Shown: positions 21,843-31,626, numbered from the stretch's first letter. The stretch is 64,000 bases of DNA from Candidatus Pampinifervens sinense (GCA_037927135.1 JAXSPP010000006.1:66112-130111), one strand, 5' to 3'. Program-made: numbers and translations. The notes: generated by a model from the letters alone, not told the origin.

Positions 21843-22103
21843 TCATATCCACCACTCTAGAACTTTTATAAATATGACCTTTCCCCTTTTATCAAACTCA
21901 AGCCTTATAGTCTTTGCAGAGGGAAGGCTCTCTAAGGTAAGCTCCTGACCTGAGGGTCCTTCTATCTTAACGTCCTTTGAAATTGTATACTCTTTTTTGT
22001 TAACCATTATAATATCACCCTTTACCTCTATTTGCACATCTCTAAGTTCTAAGGCCAACGACAAGCTTACCAATAAAAGCCCCACAATTAAGACCTTTCT
22101 CAT
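21843..22103 (-). CDS. small secreted beta-rich protein, first gene of the pilY1 operon
   Basis: Signal peptide, SD GAGGAGG, stop 1 bp before the pilY1 start. Confidence 0.7.
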   Translation of the reverse strand: MRKVLIVGLLLVSLSLALELRDVQIEVKGDIIMVNKKEYTISKDVKIEGPSGQELTLESLPSAKTIRLEFDKRGKVIFIKVLEWWI

Positions 22104-22192
22104 CTTCTTCCTCCTCTTACTTTCTATTATTTTCCTATCTTTCTATGTTTACGTGATGTTTTTGTGAAGCCATGCTATATTTATATAAGGCC

Positions 22193-22579
22193 ATGATGGA
22201 AGCAACTTTGAAGCTTTATGAGCTTTTGCAGGAGAGCTTGGGAAAGGAAAGGGCAAAGGAATTCACGCAAGCTTTGGAGGAGGTTGTAAGAGAGATTACA
22301 GAAAGCAAAAAACAGACCTTTAAGCAGGAACTATCCGAGGAATTGGCCACCAAGCAGGATATAAAGATGCTTGAGATGGAGGTAAAGAAAGTGGAGGAAA
22401 AGCTTGAAGCGGAGATAAGGAGAGTGGAGGCTGAAGTTAAAAGGGTGGAGGACACTTTAAGAGCGGAAATGAAAAGATTGGAGGCCTATATGAAGATAAT
22501 GATAATTTTACTACTTATTGCCATAGCTTTATATAGTCCTGTTTTTGCGGAGCTTATAGGAAAGTTTTTAAAGCCATGA
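22193..22579 (+). CDS. DUF1640/CCDC90-like coiled-coil membrane protein, copy 1
   Basis: ELATKQDI, AE(I/V)(R/K)RVE heptads and C-terminal TM; start aligned to copy 2. Confidence 0.78.
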   Translation: MMEATLKLYELLQESLGKERAKEFTQALEEVVREITESKKQTFKQELSEELATKQDIKMLEMEVKKVEEKLEAEIRRVEAEVKRVEDTLRAEMKRLEAYMKIMIILLLIAIALYSPVFAELIGKFLKP

Positions 22580-22932
22580 TGGAAGCAACTTTGAAGCTTT
22601 ATGAGCTTTTGCAGGAGAGCTTGGGAAAGGAAAGGGCAAAGGAATTCACGCAAGCTTTGGAAGAGGTGATCCGAGAAGTGGCGGATGTAAAAGGACAAGA
22701 ACTAAAAAAGGAAATCTCCTCCGACCTTGCTACAAAGCAGGACATAAAAGTGCTTGAGGCGGAGATAAAGAGAGTAGAAGCGGAGATAAGAAGAGTGGAA
22801 GACACCTTAAGGGCAGAGATAAGAAGACTGGAGGCCTATATGAAGATAATGATAATTTTACTTCTTGTTGCTATAGCCTTATATAGTCCTGTCTTTGCAG
22901 AACTCGTAGGAAGATTTTTAAAAAGCCCTTGA
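22576..22932 (+). CDS. DUF1640/CCDC90-like coiled-coil membrane protein, copy 2
   Basis: ATGA overlap with copy 1; DLATKQDI, heptads, C-terminal TM. Confidence 0.78.
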   Translation: MMEATLKLYELLQESLGKERAKEFTQALEEVIREVADVKGQELKKEISSDLATKQDIKVLEAEIKRVEAEIRRVEDTLRAEIRRLEAYMKIMIILLLVAIALYSPVFAELVGRFLKSP

Positions 22933-22973
22933 CAAATTCAATAAGGAAATTAGAATATTCTTATAACCTTATA
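22929..22973 (+). promoter_or_regulatory. sigma70 promoter with overlapping inverted-repeat operator
   Basis: TTGACA (22929)-16 bp-TAGAAT (22951); symmetric ATAAGG-N5-AGAATATTCT-N5-CCTTAT. Confidence 0.6.
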
Positions 22974-22988
22974 TTTTGGAGGTAAGCC

Positions 22989-23195
22989 ATGACTATGGAC
23001 AGGGCCCTTAGACTGACCTCTGGTCTGATGCTTTTGATAGTCTTCCTTATAGCCATACGTCCTGCGGACATCCACTGGTTTTGGAAGCTCTTTATAGTTT
23101 TTATGTCCTTAAATCAAATACAGTCCGCCTTTACTGGATGGTGCCCGGTAGTTAGCCTTTACAGGAGGCTGGGCATAAAGGAATGTACCTGTTAA
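22989..23195 (+). CDS. DUF2892 (YgaP-like) membrane protein
   Basis: DRALR, two TM helices and AFTGWCP signature; SD GGAGG. Confidence 0.85.
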   Translation: MTMDRALRLTSGLMLLIVFLIAIRPADIHWFWKLFIVFMSLNQIQSAFTGWCPVVSLYRRLGIKECTC

Positions 23196-23479
23196 TCCGT
23201 CTCTAGCTCTATCTCACAGCCCTCCTTTTCTATAACAAGCTGGCAAGTGAGCCTTCTGTTCTCTTCATACTCCCCTATGCGCCAGAGGGTCTCTTCTTCT
23301 TGTTCAGAAGGCTCTGCCAAGCATTCAAGCCCCTTTACCACAGTGCATACACAGACACCACACTGGCCATCAGTACAACCAAACTCAACCCCAGCCTTTT
23401 CTATCTCATGATGGTATTCGCCAAACCTTACACCCGCTGGAATTTCCAACACCTTTCCATTTACCTTCACCTTAGCCAT
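23192..23479 (-). CDS. [2Fe-2S] ferredoxin
   Basis: GCTDGQCGVC...RLTCQ. Confidence 0.9.
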   Translation of the reverse strand: MAKVKVNGKVLEIPAGVRFGEYHHEIEKAGVEFGCTDGQCGVCVCTVVKGLECLAEPSEQEEETLWRIGEYEENRRLTCQLVIEKEGCEIELETD

Positions 23480-23508
23480 TGCAATATTTATTTTAATCTT
23501 GAAAGGCC

Positions 23509-24072
23509 TTAAAGTTCTTGATTTATCTCAATGATTTTACAAAAGCCTCCAAAGACCCTCCCCACGGGCTTTAAGGACCACACATTTAGGCTTTCTGCGC
23601 CGGCCAAAAGGACCCTGCCAAAGATAAGGTCATAGCCAAAGAGTTCTTCGTGTTTTAAAAGCCTGCATTCAAGCCATGCTTTAGCCCTTGCCACCCTTGG
23701 CACCCTTACCTTATAGCTTTCTGCCGGCTCAAGGCCAGTCCTTTCAAACTCGCTTACCTCTGGTGGAAAGTCTTCCGAGCTTATCTCCACTTCTCTTATT
23801 AGCTCTTCTGAGACAAGATTTATCACAAACTCGCCTGTGCTAAGGATGTTCCTCGCTGTGTCCTTCCTGCTACCGTCTTCCCTTTTGCTTATGGATATAA
23901 GGATAATTGGTGGCTCATCGCATACCGCATTGTAAAAGCTAAAGGGTGCAAGGTTCAAAAGGCCTTCAGGGCTCATAGAAGACACCCATGCTATGGGCCT
24001 TGGCACAACAAGGCTTGTAAGCACCTCATAAGGGTCAAAGCCCTCAGGCCTTTCCATATCAAAGATCATCAA
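23509..24072 (-). CDS. flavin reductase family protein (DIM6/NTAB)
   Basis: VVPRPIAWVS, NLAPFSFYN and KDTARNI motifs. Confidence 0.88.
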   Translation of the reverse strand: MMIFDMERPEGFDPYEVLTSLVVPRPIAWVSSMSPEGLLNLAPFSFYNAVCDEPPIILISISKREDGSRKDTARNILSTGEFVINLVSEELIREVEISSEDFPPEVSEFERTGLEPAESYKVRVPRVARAKAWLECRLLKHEELFGYDLIFGRVLLAGAESLNVWSLKPVGRVFGGFCKIIEINQEL

Positions 24073-24096
24073 AGATAGTATAAAATAAACACACCC

Positions 24097-24672
24097 ATGA
24101 GGCTACTATCCCTTGACACATCCTTTTCTTTCATAAACCTCACCCTTATAGAGGATGGTAGGGTTGTCTTGCACCACTATGTGGATGATGGAAAAAAGAC
24201 CTTGGAACATCTGCCATCTTTGCTGAAAGGTCTTGGCATTGACCCAGAGCATATGGATGCTTTTGCTGTCTCTTTGGGGGTGGGCTATTTGACCTCCTTG
24301 AGGATAGGCATAACCTTTATGAAGACCTTGGCATACCTTACCAAAAAGCCCATAGTGGGCTATGAAAACCTCTATATGATGTGCCACTTTCTAAAAAGGG
24401 AAGGGGAGTTTTGTGTAGCGCTCAAAGTGAGCAACCAGATATTTTGTAGAAGATGCAAAGATGGGAAGATAGGGGAGATAGAGGTTTTAAAAGGCTTGCC
24501 GGAAGGCATAAAGGTGGTAGGGCTAAGCGGACAAGGTCTGGGAGATATCTCTCTTGAATTCTTTCCCTTTTCCCTCTATGGTGGCCTTTGGGCATACAAA
24601 AGGCTAATGGAAGGCTATGGTGGTGATGATCCCATGCTTTTAGAACCCATATATCTGAGGCCTCCTGTTTGA
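24097..24672 (+). CDS. tsaB: tRNA t6A biosynthesis protein TsaB
   Basis: LSLDTS, GVGYLTSLRIG (GPGSFTGLRIG-like), C-terminal EPIYLR. Confidence 0.85.
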   Translation: MRLLSLDTSFSFINLTLIEDGRVVLHHYVDDGKKTLEHLPSLLKGLGIDPEHMDAFAVSLGVGYLTSLRIGITFMKTLAYLTKKPIVGYENLYMMCHFLKREGEFCVALKVSNQIFCRRCKDGKIGEIEVLKGLPEGIKVVGLSGQGLGDISLEFFPFSLYGGLWAYKRLMEGYGGDDPMLLEPIYLRPPV

Positions 24673-25776
24673 AAGCCTGTATATGATAAGGCCCAAAATG
24701 GGAAAGACAAGCATGAGAAGGGCAGAAAGCCTGTAGTTTCCGCCTGTAAGATAAAGTAATAGGGACCAACTAAATAGGCCCAAGCTTGAGGCTATGCGCT
24801 CACTAAGAGAATAGAAGGAAAATCTTATGGCTATGTCTCCCTTTGTGAATCTTTCAATAAGGAGCACTCTTGATGTGGTCCAAAGGTGGGAGAGGGAAAG
24901 GCCTGCGAAGAAGCCAAGGAAGAGCACCATAGACCTTGGCGTGAAGAAAAGGAGTATTAAAAAGGCACTCCAAAGAAAAAAGCCCAAAGGGAAAAGCCTG
25001 CTGGCCGAAATTCTATCTGTTAGCCTTCCCCACAGAAGGCCTCCAAACACACCGCCAAGGGCCGAAAGGCCTATGGTCCTGTATATCTCCCCCTCCTTTA
25101 GCCCATAGACCTCCCTCAAATAGACCCCCATCATGGCTATCATGGTGTTGGCAAGCTCCATAAGCAAAAGCACAGATACCATGGTTAAAAGAAAGTTTTT
25201 GTCCTTTAGAACCTCCCTTATGCTTATGCTTTGTCTTTCTTTTGGCTCTGTGAGGTAAATTAGAGAAGGAAGGGACAAAAGGAAAAAGATAAGGGCTATA
25301 AAGATAAAGGCTGTAGGAAGGCTAAGCCTTGGTGCAAAAAGTATTAAAACCACCGCAGATCCAACATAGCCCAAGGCCACACCAAGGCCAGAGGCCGTCC
25401 CTTTTGTCTCAAAGATCTTTAGCAAGGAGTTATAAAAGAGCATGGCCTGCTGGTGGATGATGGCCAAAAGAAGGTAGAGGAAGAAGTTCAATTCTACACT
25501 GTGAAAGGAAAGGTAAAGGGCAAAGCAAACAAGTGGTATGAGAAGGCTAAAGAGGCTAAAGAATTTCTTCCTTAAGCCTCTTTGGTCTGCCAGCTTGCTT
25601 AGCCTTAGGGCAATAAAGAAGGAAAGTAAAAAGGCAATCCCATAGAGGGTTGAATAGGTTTTTACGTCTATGTGCTGGGTAATATAGAGGGGGTAAAGGG
25701 TGGAGAAGAGGAGGGCTCCAAGCACCGTCTCTCCAGAGTCATAGAGGGCAAAGGAGAAAAGCCTTATTGCCCTTAT
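24640..25776 (-). CDS. MFS transporter (UMF1/ATG22-like); probable ATA start
   Basis: About 12 TM helices, ADQRGLRKK and LGVALGYVG. In-frame FALYD motif lies upstream of the first GTG (25725). Confidence 0.8.
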   Translation of the reverse strand: MRAIRLFSFALYDSGETVLGALLFSTLYPLYITQHIDVKTYSTLYGIAFLLSFFIALRLSKLADQRGLRKKFFSLFSLLIPLVCFALYLSFHSVELNFFLYLLLAIIHQQAMLFYNSLLKIFETKGTASGLGVALGYVGSAVVLILFAPRLSLPTAFIFIALIFFLLSLPSLIYLTEPKERQSISIREVLKDKNFLLTMVSVLLLMELANTMIAMMGVYLREVYGLKEGEIYRTIGLSALGGVFGGLLWGRLTDRISASRLFPLGFFLWSAFLILLFFTPRSMVLFLGFFAGLSLSHLWTTSRVLLIERFTKGDIAIRFSFYSLSERIASSLGLFSWSLLLYLTGGNYRLSALLMLVFPILGLIIYRLSNRRPQIYGF

Positions 25777-28700
25777 TTTTGAACCTCTATCTCACACTGG
25801 TCTGTAATGCCATAGGGGTCCCTCTTGCACTGCTCAATGGGCACCACCTTCCTAAACCTTTCCACAAAATCCTCCCAGTTTTCCAATATATGTTTGCCCC
25901 ATGGGCTCTGTGTATAGCCCACATGCTTCTCTATTAGGGCTCTTAGCTCTTCTCTTTCCGCATCCAAAAGCTTCCTCGTAATCACATAATCCTTGTTTAT
26001 CTTAAGGTATATATCTTCATCAAGAACGTAGGCATAGCCTCCCGTCATTCCCGCTCCAAAGTTCATGCCCACAGGGCCAAGGACCACCACTATACCACCG
26101 GTCATATACTCACAGCAGTGCATGCCAGCACCTTCTATCACCGCAATGGCTCCGCTGTTCCTTACCGCAAACCTCTCTCCAGCCTTTCCGCTTGCGTATA
26201 GCTCACCCCCTGTGGCACCATAGAGGCATGTGTTGCCCATTATCACATGGTTTTGAGTGTCCTCCACATCGTAAGGCCTTATGACTATCCTCCCACCGTA
26301 CATACCCTTACCCACATAGTCGTTGGCATCGCCTATGAGGGTCAAGGACATGCCTCTGTGGTTGAAGGCTCCAAAGCTCTGGCCCGCAGTGCCCCTAAAG
26401 ACAAGCTGTATGGTATCTTCAGGAAGGCCTTCATCTCTGTATTTGATGGCTATATAGTAGGCAAGCCTTGTGGGCACGCTTCTGTCTACGTTCCTTATGG
26501 TGTACTCTCCATAAAACCTTTCTCCCCTTTCTATGTATGGAAGCACCTCCTCCTCCAGCCTCTTTGCCAGCTCACTCCTCCTTGGGTTGTCGTTCCTCTC
26601 CTGCATACACCTTAAAGGCTTGTCTTTGGGATAGCCCTCCTTTAAAAACTCTTCTAGCTTTACCCTTTTGGAACCGGGTATATGGTCAAAGGTTCTAAAG
26701 GTAAGAAGGTCCCTTCTTCCTATTATCTCATCAAGGGATCTTACTCCCATCTCCGCCAATATTTCTCTCACCTCTTGTGCCACAGCCCTAAAGTAGGCCA
26801 TTACGTTTTCCACCTTTCCTTTAAACTTCTCCCTGTATTTGGGGTCTTGGGTGGCCACACCTGTGGGACATTGATTGGTGTGGCAAAGCCTTGCCATCAC
26901 ACACCCTTCCGCTATCATGGCCGCAGTGCCAAAGCCAAACTCCTCCGCACCAAGAAGGGCAGCTATGATCACATCCTTACCAGTCCTCATGCCACCATCC
27001 ACCCTTAGCCTTACCTTGTCCCTTAGGTTGTTTTCCATCAAGACCCTTTGAGTTTCAGAGAGGCCTATCTCCCAGTAGTTTCCTGCATTCTTTATGGAAG
27101 AGTAGGGGCTTGCACCCGTTCCGCCTTCTGCACCGCTTATCTGAATCACATCGGCATAGGCCTTTGCCACACCGGCAGCTATGGTTCCCACACCCGTTTC
27201 TGCCACAAGCTTGACGCATACCTTAGCCTTTGGGTTGGCCTCCTTCAGATCGTTTATAAGCTGTGCCAGGTCCTCTATGGAGTATATGTCATGGTGTGGC
27301 GGTGGGGAGATAAGGGTTATGCCCGGCTGGGCATGCCTTAGCCTTGCTATATACTCGTTTACCTTTTTTCCGGGAAGTTGGCCACCCTCTCCAGGCTTTG
27401 CACCTTGGGCTATCTTTATCTCAATGTCCTGGGCGGAAGCCAAGTAGGTAGGCGTTACACCAAAGCGTCCAGAGGCCACTTGCTTTATGGCGGAGTTCTT
27501 TATGGTCCAATACCTTGCCGGGTCCTCTCCACCCTCTCCCGAGTTGCTCCTCATACCAAGCCTGTTGCAAGCCTCTGCCAATACCTCATGGGCCTCGGGA
27601 GAGAGGGCTCCCAAGGACATACCACCCGTTACAAACCTTTTAAGGATGCTCTCTACGGGTTCTACTTCTTCTATGGGTATGGGCTTTTCTGCCCTCTTGT
27701 AGTCCAGAAGGTGCCTTATAAAGGTGGGATGCTCTTCGTTTGCCAAACGGGAAAACTCCTTATAGTCTTTGTAGTCCTTTGTTTCCAAAAACTTGTGCAA
27801 AGCCCTTACCACAAAGGGAGACCAAGCGTGGTATTGGCCCCCCTTCCTAAACTTCATATCACCACCATAGTCAAGCTGTGGGCTATCCGTTTCATAGGCC
27901 GCATCATGCCTAGCCAAAAGGCTGTTTTGGATTTCAAAGATGCCATCCGCCTCAAGGGTTGCTGGAGTTCCCGGGAAGTACTCCTCTACAAAGTCCCTGT
28001 TTAGGCATACTGTATCAAAGATCTTGGTACCTTGATAAGAGTTGAGGGTGGATATGCCCATCTTGGACATGATCTTTAAAAGCCCATCCTCTAAAGCCTT
28101 CTTATAGTTGAGTATGGCCTTCTCATAGGGCACCTTTATCTCACCCTTTTGACAAAGCTCACCTATAAGTTCATACATTAGGTATGGGTATATGGCCGAA
28201 GCACCATAGCCTATAAGGCATGCCATATGGTGTGTGTCTCTCGCCTCACCCGTTTCTACCACAATGGAGACCCTGTTGGCAAGGCCTCTGTCCGATAGCC
28301 ACTTAAATACGGCAGAGACGGCCAAAAGGCTTGGCACAGCAAGCCTATACTTGGATATATTCCTGTCGGAAAGCACCACAATGTTTGCGCCCTCTCTTAC
28401 CGCCTCCTCCACCCTTCTACAGACGATCTCCACACCAAGTTTGAGGTCGCATATGCTTATACCCTCATACATGGCGTCATAAAGGATATCCGTTATCCTC
28501 CTTTCTCCAGCCAGGTCTTGTAGCTCTACAACGCAGTAGCTTCTCTCCTTGGGATAGGTCATGGGCACCCAGGCCACCTTAAAATACTTTTGCTCCATCA
28601 GGGCCTTAAACTGGTATGGCAACAGTATGGGGCTGTCTATCTGAAGCCTTTTGGCATGCTCCTCCTCTTCCTTTAAAAAGTTCCTCTTGTGTCCTAAGTT

Positions 28701-30263
28701 CATCTTGAGGGACATAACAGACCTTTCCCTTATGGGGTCTATGGGTGGGTTGGTAACCTGGGCAAACCTCTGCTTGAAGTATCTAAAGAGAAGCACAGGC
28801 TTTTCTGAAAGGGGTGGAATGGGTGTGTCATCACCCATGGAGAAGGTGATTTCTTTACCTTCCTCCGCCATGGGTATCAAAACATGCTTTATCTCCTCTT
28901 GAGTGTAGCCAAAGGCCACAAGCTTTCTTATCCTGTCTGGGTCCTCCTTTGGTTCTGGAAGGCTGTAGTCTTTTATTAGCTTAGATAGCCTTACAAGATG
29001 CCTTTCAAGCCACTCTCCGTAGGGCTTTTGTGATGCAAGCTCTTTTAGTATCTGCTCCGTTTCCTTTACCTCGCCCTTTGAGAGGTCCACAACCAAGGTG
29101 TCCCCAGGCCCTAGCCTACCCTTCTTTAGGACCCTTCTCTCTCCCAAATCTACCATCCCAACCTCTGAACCAAGCACAAGTATGCCATCTTCTGTTAGCA
29201 CATAGCGTGCGGGCCTAAGGCCATTCCTATCTAGATGGGCCCCTATCTTTTTACCGTCGGTGAAGGCTATGCTTGCAGGACCATCCCAAGGCTTCATAAG
29301 AAGGGACTGGTATTCAAAGAAGTCCTTTATTTCTTTGCTTAGCCAAGGCATACCCTCCCATGCGGGGGGTATTAACATGTTTATGGCATGCTCTGGGCTA
29401 TAGCCTACAAGCAAAAGGAGTTCAAAAACCCTATCAAGGGAAGCAGAATCGCTCTCATCGCTGTATACCAAAGGCCTAACAAGCTTTATGTTGTCTCCAA
29501 AGACCTCGTGCTGGAGTTCATGCTCTAAAGCCCTCATCCAGTTTCTGTTGCCAAGCAAGGTGTTTATCTCTCCGTTGTGGGCAAGGTATCTTAAGGGCTG
29601 GGCAAGCTTCCAGTTTGGGAAGGTGTTGGTAGAATACCTCTGGTGGAAAAGGCAAAAAGAAGACTCTATCCTCTCATCCTTTAGCTCTGGGTAAAAAACA
29701 TCCAGCTGAGTTGCCACAAGCATACCCTTATAGACCAGGGTCCTAGAAGAGAGGGAAGCAAAATAAACCTTATCCTTTATTTTTTTGTCCGTCTCTATGC
29801 GCCTTCTTAAAAGGTATAGCTCCAGTTCTACCCTTTCTGGGTCGCATTTTGCCGTGTCCAAAAGAAGGTGGAATATCTTGGGCATAACCTTGAGGGCAGA
29901 CTCGCCTACGGCGGATTTGTCCACAGGCACCTCCCTCCAGCCCACTAAGGAGAAGGGGCTCTTCCTTATGTACTCCTCTATCTGAGGCCTTACATCCTCA
30001 TAGAGGAAGGCAGCGCCCACCGCCAAGTTTTCTATGGAAGAGATCTCAAGCCCCTCTTTATCTATGAGATCTGCAAAGAATCTTCTTGGAATCTCTATAA
30101 GAACGCCCGCACCATCGCCCGTCTTTCCATCACCGCCTACCGCACCCCTATGGGTAAGGTTCTTGACGGCCGTAATGCCCCAGTTTACAATCTGATGGCT
30201 TCTTTCCCCCTTTATATTACACACAAAGCCTACACCGCAGGAGTCATACTCCAAAAGCTCCAT
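25773..30263 (-). CDS. gltB: glutamate synthase large subunit
   Basis: DSCGVGF with catalytic Cys, HQRYSTNT, KQVASGRFGV, KIAQGAKPGEGG and the 3Fe-4S motif CVMARLCHTNQC. Confidence 0.97.
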   Translation of the reverse strand: MELLEYDSCGVGFVCNIKGERSHQIVNWGITAVKNLTHRGAVGGDGKTGDGAGVLIEIPRRFFADLIDKEGLEISSIENLAVGAAFLYEDVRPQIEEYIRKSPFSLVGWREVPVDKSAVGESALKVMPKIFHLLLDTAKCDPERVELELYLLRRRIETDKKIKDKVYFASLSSRTLVYKGMLVATQLDVFYPELKDERIESSFCLFHQRYSTNTFPNWKLAQPLRYLAHNGEINTLLGNRNWMRALEHELQHEVFGDNIKLVRPLVYSDESDSASLDRVFELLLLVGYSPEHAINMLIPPAWEGMPWLSKEIKDFFEYQSLLMKPWDGPASIAFTDGKKIGAHLDRNGLRPARYVLTEDGILVLGSEVGMVDLGERRVLKKGRLGPGDTLVVDLSKGEVKETEQILKELASQKPYGEWLERHLVRLSKLIKDYSLPEPKEDPDRIRKLVAFGYTQEEIKHVLIPMAEEGKEITFSMGDDTPIPPLSEKPVLLFRYFKQRFAQVTNPPIDPIRERSVMSLKMNLGHKRNFLKEEEEHAKRLQIDSPILLPYQFKALMEQKYFKVAWVPMTYPKERSYCVVELQDLAGERRITDILYDAMYEGISICDLKLGVEIVCRRVEEAVREGANIVVLSDRNISKYRLAVPSLLAVSAVFKWLSDRGLANRVSIVVETGEARDTHHMACLIGYGASAIYPYLMYELIGELCQKGEIKVPYEKAILNYKKALEDGLLKIMSKMGISTLNSYQGTKIFDTVCLNRDFVEEYFPGTPATLEADGIFEIQNSLLARHDAAYETDSPQLDYGGDMKFRKGGQYHAWSPFVVRALHKFLETKDYKDYKEFSRLANEEHPTFIRHLLDYKRAEKPIPIEEVEPVESILKRFVTGGMSLGALSPEAHEVLAEACNRLGMRSNSGEGGEDPARYWTIKNSAIKQVASGRFGVTPTYLASAQDIEIKIAQGAKPGEGGQLPGKKVNEYIARLRHAQPGITLISPPPHHDIYSIEDLAQLINDLKEANPKAKVCVKLVAETGVGTIAAGVAKAYADVIQISGAEGGTGASPYSSIKNAGNYWEIGLSETQRVLMENNLRDKVRLRVDGGMRTGKDVIIAALLGAEEFGFGTAAMIAEGCVMARLCHTNQCPTGVATQDPKYREKFKGKVENVMAYFRAVAQEVREILAEMGVRSLDEIIGRRDLLTFRTFDHIPGSKRVKLEEFLKEGYPKDKPLRCMQERNDNPRRSELAKRLEEEVLPYIERGERFYGEYTIRNVDRSVPTRLAYYIAIKYRDEGLPEDTIQLVFRGTAGQSFGAFNHRGMSLTLIGDANDYVGKGMYGGRIVIRPYDVEDTQNHVIMGNTCLYGATGGELYASGKAGERFAVRNSGAIAVIEGAGMHCCEYMTGGIVVVLGPVGMNFGAGMTGGYAYVLDEDIYLKINKDYVITRKLLDAEREELRALIEKHVGYTQSPWGKHILENWEDFVERFRKVVPIEQCKRDPYGITDQCEIEVQK

Positions 30264-30333
30264 ACCTTCACCTCTCAAAGGATTAAATGGGCTAATATTT
30301 TAATATAGTTTTGGCTCCCCCTAAGTAAATACC

Positions 30334-31626
30334 TCATCCTGTGATGCTTTTAAGATCCTTATAGAAGTCTGGGTAAGAAATGGCAACACATTCTGGATTG
30401 TCTATGATAGTTTCCCCTTCCGCCAAAAGGCCGGCAATGGAAAAGGCCATGGCTATCCGGTGGTCCCCAAAGGTCCTTATAGAAGCACCCCTTAGCACAT
30501 CTACCCCTTCTATCTCAAAGCCATCCTCATACTCCTCCACCCTTACCCCCATAGCCCTCAAGTTCTCCACCACAGCCCTAATTCGGTCGCTCTCTTTTAC
30601 CCTCAGCTCCTGCGCACCCCTCACCCTTGAGACTCCTTCCGATAGGGCCATAACCACCGCCAAAATGGGAAGCTCGTCTATCATGGAAGGCACCTCTTCC
30701 GGAAGCACCTCCACGGCCTTTAGCTTTCCAGAATATCTCACATAAAGGTCTGCCACAGGCTCACCAGATATTTCTCTTAGGTTTTCATACCTTATGTCCG
30801 CACCCATATCCTTTAACTTTCTAAAAAAGCCATCCCTTGTGGGGTTTACAAGCACATCCTTAAGAAGCAATTCAGAGCCTTCAAGAAGAACGGCAAGGGC
30901 CACAAAAAAGCTGGCAGATGAGGGATCAGCAGGACAAAATACCTCTGTAGCCACAAGCCTTTGACCACCCTTTAGCTTTATCACATGCCCTTCCTTACCC
31001 TCCATCTGGATAAGCTCCACACCAAAGGCCTTTAACATCCTTTCTGTGTGGTCCCTTGAGAGGACAGGCTCCACCACCTCCGTGTAGCCCTCCGCCCTCA
31101 GCCCAGCCAAAAGTAAGGCAGACTTTACCTGTGCAGAGGACTTTTTATTAAAAAAGGAGATACCTTTTAGGCTTCCGCCTCTTACGCATACGGGAAGCTT
31201 GTTCCCCTTCTCCCTTCCGTCAAGGTAGGCACCCATCTGCCTTAATGGCTCTACCACCCTAAGCATGGGCCTCTGCCTTAAGCTCTCGTCCCCCGTTATC
31301 ACACTAAAAAAGGGCTGTGTGGAAAGGACTCCAAGCATAAGCCTTGCAGTAGTTCCAGAGTTTTTGGCATCAAGCACGTTTGAGGGTTCAACAAAGCTGT
31401 AATCCCTCCCCTTTATCCTTAGGTTTTTCCCATCCTTTTTTACCTCTACCCCTAAGGCTATAAGCATGTTTAAGGTGGCCAAAGTATCTTCGGAAGAGAG
31501 CCACTCTTTTACATAGCTTTCTCCCTCCGCCAAAGCTGAGAAGATAACCGCTCTGTGGGATATAGACTTGTCTGAGGGTACCCTTAGCTCTCCTTTTGCT
31601 CTTTTTGCTTTGCTTAGCTTTAGCAT
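30334..31626 (-). CDS. aroA: 3-phosphoshikimate 1-carboxyvinyltransferase
   Basis: DKSISHR, NSGTTAR, SAQVKSA, ELRVKESDR and DHRIAM motifs. Confidence 0.97.
   Translation of the reverse strand: MLKLSKAKRAKGELRVPSDKSISHRAVIFSALAEGESYVKEWLSSEDTLATLNMLIALGVEVKKDGKNLRIKGRDYSFVEPSNVLDAKNSGTTARLMLGVLSTQPFFSVITGDESLRQRPMLRVVEPLRQMGAYLDGREKGNKLPVCVRGGSLKGISFFNKKSSAQVKSALLLAGLRAEGYTEVVEPVLSRDHTERMLKAFGVELIQMEGKEGHVIKLKGGQRLVATEVFCPADPSSASFFVALAVLLEGSELLLKDVLVNPTRDGFFRKLKDMGADIRYENLREISGEPVADLYVRYSGKLKAVEVLPEEVPSMIDELPILAVVMALSEGVSRVRGAQELRVKESDRIRAVVENLRAMGVRVEEYEDGFEIEGVDVLRGASIRTFGDHRIAMAFSIAGLLAEGETIIDNPECVAISYPDFYKDLKSITG

Larger units (their letters stand above)
22190..22932 (+). repeat. tandem gene duplication (5' offset 383 bp)
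   Basis: 22190-22278 is identical to 22573-22661 (89 bp); the 3' TM-coding segments are near-identical. Confidence 0.9.
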
